Source of the DNA: the human T2T-CHM13v2.0 reference genome, Homo sapiens
Direction: 5' to 3' (one strand)
DNA: 64,000 bases
Assembly (NCBI RefSeq): GCF_009914755.1
Contig: NC_060932.1
Positions 58,450-64,000 of the stretch are shown in pieces. The notes beneath the pieces were generated by a model that made no database searches, was not told the DNA's origin, and saw only the letters and a list, made by a program, of their open reading frames with translations. The translations under genes and the position numbers were made by a program. How positions within the stretch are numbered: the stretch's first letter is position 1; every line of letters begins with the position of its first letter.

Positions 58450-59740
58450 TTGCCCTTGAATTCATTCTAATCAGTTCCCCCCCACCCCCATACACGGAAA
58501 ATACTTTTTGAACATCTCCAATGACATCTGCCTTGCTAAGCCCAATTGTTCATTTACAGTTAGCACTTAACACAGCTAATCACTCTGTCCTTCTGAGAGC
58601 TTCCCACCCTGGGCCTCCCGAACCTTGTACTATATTCTCTTGGTTTTCTTCTGCCCTCTCATGGCACCTCTTCGTCTTCTTTATTGGTTCTTCCTTATCT
58701 CCCTGGCCTGATGAAGATTAGAGAACCCAGTGCTCACACCTGTATCTCTTAACCTCACTTCCTTGGTAACCTCATACAGTTTCAAAGCGTCAAATACCAC
58801 CCACACTTTGCAGCTCCAAATGCATACCTCTAGCTTGGACCTCTCCCCTGACCTGAACTTGTCTACATGACACCTCCCTCTGGATGTCTGAAGGTTGCTG
58901 GGACTTGCTGATATTCAAAACTGAGTCCTGGTGGGTGCACCTGCATACTTCCCATTGTTCAGGTGGAACCAGCAGTCATCACAGGGCCTTGCTGCTCCCC
59001 AATCCATACCCAGTGCAGCAAACGCAAGGCTTTACTGTCCAACTCTATCCAAAGTCCTCTTACTTGTCACTGTCATTCCAGAACCCCTGACCCAAACATC
59101 ACTTGCCTACATCATGGTAATAGCCTCCTGATTGGTCCCTCTACTTTATCTGTACCCAGGCCAACCTACCATGGTCTATTCTCAGCACAGCAGCCAGAGT
59201 ACTTATTCTAGAACATAAACCAGATCACATTACTCCTCTCTTCACACCCTCCAATGGCTTCCCAAATCACTTGAGTACAAGCCAAAGCCCTTACAATGCC
59301 TTTACATCCTGACCAGCCACTGGCCCTGGGATCACCCCCTTAGGCATTCTAGTGACCTGGGTCTCTGCTGTTCCAGGCATGCTTCCTAGCACTCCCCAGC
59401 CTTCAATAGGGAATAGCCAGATATCCTTGTAGGTTCTGTTTTCCACCCCTTCAGGTGCGACTCTCTCAGTGGGACCTTCCCTGACAACCTTACTTAAAAT
59501 TGTATCCCTTACTTTCTTCCCTGTCTTATTTTTCTCGATACAGCTCAACATCATTTGATATATTATATGCTACAGTATTTATTTTCTCTATTAATTTACT
59601 CTGTTTATCGCACGTATGTCCTCACCTACATGAAATTTCCATGCATGCACAACCCTGTCTGTTTTGTTTGCTGCTACATCCTCTATCCTAGAACTGTGCC
59701 TGGAAAATGGAAGGAGCTCAACAACTACATGTTGAAAGCA
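58450..59740 (+). mobile_element. L2 (L2a-like) 3' portion
   Basis: Pyrimidine-rich L2 body (aatagcctcctgattggtc, cagatcacattactcctct, ccaatggcttccc) ending cctagaactgtgcctgg...ctcaacaa. Confidence 0.72.
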
Positions 59741-61403
59741 TGCAGTGTTTGGTCTGGCCAATCTGCCTTTTCAGTATTACTCGTCACTATTCCCTGATTC
59801 TATACTACTGCACATTGTATTCCCCTGAACATACCACACATGCCTTGAAATGTGCTCTTCCTTCATTCAGGTAGAAACATTCCTCAATATTTCAAAGCTC
59901 AATTCAAGTTCTATTTCCGGCAGAGAGCCCTTCCTGGAATACCTCAGTTTGCATTGAGCGGCATCCTCTATGTTTCTGCTGCATCCACAGAGCATTTGCC
60001 ACATATACTTCTCTACAGACTATTTAACCTGCCTAAGGTTACGGTAAGACTTAAGCTGCCCAAAGGCATCCCTAATATCTAGCAGAGTATCTGGCACTCG
60101 GGAGACTGTCCGACCACTGTTTGGTAAAGAAAGAAATAAATCAACCTAGGACCCCGTGTTACTCTTTCTGAAAAACTGTTTAATTCTTCTGATTTGCAGA
60201 GATAGTTGTGAGGCTTAACACTGCATATATACAACTCACTGCACATCATAGGAATTCAAGCCAAACTGCAAGCCATCACTTGTTGACATTTTGAACATCT
60301 ATTTCAAGCAAAATAACCAAGTCACACCAGGAAGACCAAATTTAGAGTAACTGAAAAGTCCTGATAGTTACGTTTATTATCCCATGAACATGACCACCTC
60401 CCACCACCAGCACCACCACCTTACTCACACCCAAATTGTTAATAATATAGCCTTTCAAATGACACATTAGTGTGATTTCTGTTTGTATTCTGTTGAAATT
60501 TCTATTTCCTGAAAGAAAAAGGAATCCATTATTATATTTTTGCCTAACAGGAGACTTTCTAAGTAGCTGGGCATGGGTAGAAAGGCAGCTGTAAAGAAGG
60601 AGATAAACAACAGAAGGATTCTGAGAGAATATTTTTATAAACAGAGTAATGGAATACAGAAAAATGGCAACAGACACCATCAGTAGAAGCAGCATTTAAG
60701 AAAACCCTAAGGACTCACTACCTAAAATGTCTAATTCTGGGAGTTAATGTTTTTGTTCAAATGTACTTCCATTCTTCTTAGAAGTGTTCATTAACTGAAA
60801 TTGGTGACTTAACTTACCAGACTTTTTAATGCTTATAAATACACAAGTTTGGAGATACACACACACACACACATTTACATGTAGGTTTTTAATACATTAA
60901 TAGAGCTATTTTTTTAAACAGCTGCATAGTATTACATCATGTATGCATACTCCCTCATTTATTAATTTTTGCTCATTTTTTGCTATTATAAACACTGCAA
61001 TAGTGAATATCCTCCTCAGGTCAGTGGTTTGTATGACTGATTTCCAGGAGGCAGACAAATGGGCAGAGTACTCCTAAACTGTCTTCTGAAAATGTACCAA
61101 TTTACAATGACACAATCATGAGAGTGCATTCTCCAGAAGTCTTGCCAGTGGTGGTTATCAGGTTTCTTTAATCAATGTAATAAACATAAAATGAAATATA
61201 TCACTGTATCCATATATTCACTGGACATTTGTGTGTACATTCCTCTTTTTTATACTAGGTTGTCTTTTACTGAATGAGCTGGAAGAACACTTGAAAAATG
61301 AGAAATTTTAATTATTTATTATATGTGTCATAATATTTTCCCCTGTCGTCATAGCTTTAAAAATGTTACCTTGTACTAAACGAAACGTTTTAATTATGTA
61401 ATT

Positions 61404-61424
61404 GTGTCGCTTCAGCAGCACATA
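61404..61424 (+). pseudogene. Micro-retrocopy of the U6 snRNA 5' stem-loop (tailless, 3'-truncated)
   Basis: GTGTCGCTTCAGCAGCACATA versus U6 nt 1-22 GTGCTCGCTTCGGCAGCACATA, flanked by GTTTTAATTATGTAATT at 61387-61403 and 61428-61444. Confidence 0.75.
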
Positions 61425-61789
61425 AGTGTTTTAATTATGTAATTAAATGTAACAGTTCTATTTTTATGTCTTCTGGAATTTATGCCATGCTTAGAAGCAT
61501 TCACTCCCTCCCTTGAAATGCACAGTATTCACCATCATTCTATACACAGAAAACCTACTTACAATTATGTAATTACAACTCTATATTACACTATACACTT
61601 TCCTCTGAAAAAATGTTACTACAGAATTTTACTAACACTGCAAAATTGATTGTATACTTTCTTTCAGGTAAGGTGTAGGTTAGATAATGCCCTACAGAAA
61701 GGGCCAAGGTTATGCAGACTGTGGTGGAATGCAGTCCAGGACAATTTGGCTTGTGGCTCTTACTATGTTCTCCCCAGGAAAATCACCTT

Positions 61790-61920
61790 TTATTTTTATT
61801 TTTTAAAATTAATTTATTTTTTTTAGATACAGTCTTGCTATGTGGCCCAGGATGGTCTCAGATTCCTGGCCTCAGGGATTCTCCTGTGTAGCTGGAATTA
61901 CAGACATGAGCCACTATGAC
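61790..61920 (-). mobile_element. Alu monomer fragment (FLAM-like)
   Basis: cagtcttgctatgtggcccaggatggtctc...attacagacatgagccact. Confidence 0.7.
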
Positions 61921-63449
61921 AAGGTAACATCCCTTTTAAAAGCACTTTATAAATCCAAAGTAACTATGGTAGATCAAAGAACTAACAAAATGCATCTGGG
62001 CACACCCAATTCACATGTAGAATGTACTGATCACTTATTACTGTCATGCTATGTTATGCATATACATGTATACATGTATAAGTAGTTTATGATCTAGAGA
62101 AGACAGATGGGCATATATAATTATTATTTAAAGCATGTTTCCAGGAAAACGGTACATTAGAGTTGCAGAAACATGTTTAACATTTGAACTCTTAAAAAAT
62201 CTCAATTAAAAAATGTACATGTGCTGTGTTCACATGTATTTTTGACTATAATCCACTAAAGATGTTTGACTTTAATATTATTTTAACTAGGCAATGTATC
62301 TTCACCTTAGGGATCTATGATGAAATAGTTATATAATACATAAACATGCTATGATTGAGAATAAGAAAATTACCAAGTTTAATAATTCATTTTATAAAGA
62401 CAATATAAAATTGGAAACAACCAATGCCCTATCTAGCTTTTCATGACAAGCATTTTCATTAATGCTCTTTTCATATGAACAAAGAGCTTAAAAAGCATCG
62501 CATTTCATGTTTGATATCCAAATGTTTCTCCCTAGAGAGCAAAAAACGCTAGCTAATAGTGAAATCAACACAGGAAGATGTTTACGTTTTAAACATGGAA
62601 GGCTCATTTAATGCCTGACATCCGAATGTTATTTTTAAATGTGTATGTCAAGGACCTTTTGGTAAACTGAAGATAAAAGATGAAAAATTATTCACTAAAA
62701 AGGAAATGGGCAATCTATTACATTTAACATTTTTCCTAAATTACTATCTTTATGTAAAGAAATTATCTGAAAACATTTAAATAATATTTGTAAGGCATAT
62801 ACTCCTGTTTAAAGTATAAAGTGCGACAGTGGAAGAAGAAAACGTCAAAAATAAAAATAAAAAATAAAGCACAAAGTGAAAAATCAAGACCTATAGCTGC
62901 AAAGGCTTTAACTGAGAGTAACTGTAGAGATTTCTGAAAGCAACTTCATTACTCTATTTTATACAAAGAAAACTTAGGAAAAATATATGAATAGGCTTAT
63001 TGGTGTGATCACCGTGGGAAAACACTTTTCCTTTAGAAAAGCCATGTCCTGGAATCACACAGATTTATGTTTACTTAGCGAAGGCTCATGGCTTCAGCTG
63101 CTGTTTTCAGGGCACAGCACCATCAGTTACCTCTTTTGAGATACATAAATAAAGGGTCCAATGACTCCTCTCTATAAAACACACAACACTCACATGTACC
63201 TCCCATGCAAACACCATGCCTTCCTCAAACTGCTTTGTAAACAGAGCACTTCCCTGCTGGGCAAGGCTGGATCCTCTGCGTTTCTATCTGCTTCACTTGA
63301 CCTTTGGCCTTTTCTCTATCCTCATCGCTGTTTAATACAATTCTGCTGACTTGAATGCACTCCACACAGCACTTCAGGACTTTTTTTCCTCTATAATCAT
63401 CCTAGTCACTGAGGTGAGTGCTAGAAGGGGTATTGGCAAAACCCACATT

Positions 63450-63850
63450 CAGAGTCCCCACTTCCACAGCGTGAGCTGCTTTACAGTTACTCCTTGGGAG
63501 GTGTCTAACAACCCTACAAAATAGGTATCATTCTTTTACAGATGAGGTATCTCAAAGTCTAGGCTGATACAGTGTCAAGATCAGACTCAACTAGTAGCAA
63601 CAACAGGAACAACAATACAACTAAAATCTAGGAGCATCAAGTGTGCCAGGCATAGTTCCAAGCCTATAAATAAGTCCTTTATCCTCCTAATACCATAGAA
63701 GACAGTTACTGTTCTTCGTGTTTGACCAGATGACAGAACTGAGGCTCAGAAAAGTAATTTATAGATGGTGTCACAGAGGACTCATGATTTGAACTTAAGT
63801 CCCATAATTCCCAAACTCAGTCTTTCCCTGCTTCACACTATGTATGCTAT
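63450..63850. mobile_element. MIR fragments
   Basis: ttttacagatgagg and gatgacagaactgaggctcaga...gatttgaac MIR core motifs. Confidence 0.6.
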
Positions 63851-64000
63851 TATCCTGCTGGGAATATTTTCATTTGATTCTTTCAGAAATCCAAATCCTC
63901 AAAAGCATTCCTCATTATATGCTTGCAAAAACTCCACACCGCTTTTATAGTGACGTTTCTAGGATATTTATTCATTCTAATCTTTGATTTTTTAACATCA

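Overview
Primate (almost certainly human) genomic DNA lying entirely inside the PTK2 gene (focal adhesion kinase, FAK), transcribed on the minus strand. I reconstructed nine constitutive exons by hand. They total 732 nt, splice in frame at GT-AG boundaries and encode about FAK residues 365-608: the FERM-kinase linker, the Y397 autophosphorylation site and most of the kinase domain. The three known neural cassette exons around Y397 are also present (Box 28, Box 6, Box 7), plus an 85-nt L2-derived frameshifting cassette exon inside the kinase N-lobe intron. The rest is intron dense in Alu, L1, L2, MIR, LTR and DNA-transposon relics. Nearly all ORF-track entries are repeat or low-complexity artefacts. 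The most notable observations are the L2-derived poison exon, a 37/40 non-transposon direct repeat bracketing the Box 6 microexon, a MER41B LTR with two intact GAS motifs, a perfect DR4 element made by tandem duplication, a ~21-nt tailless U6 retrocopy with target-site duplication, a template-switch micro-inversion in an AluY, and a ~430-nt polypurine tract. I found no evidence for a new protein-coding system. Repeat subfamily names and boundaries come from recalled consensus sequences and are approximate.
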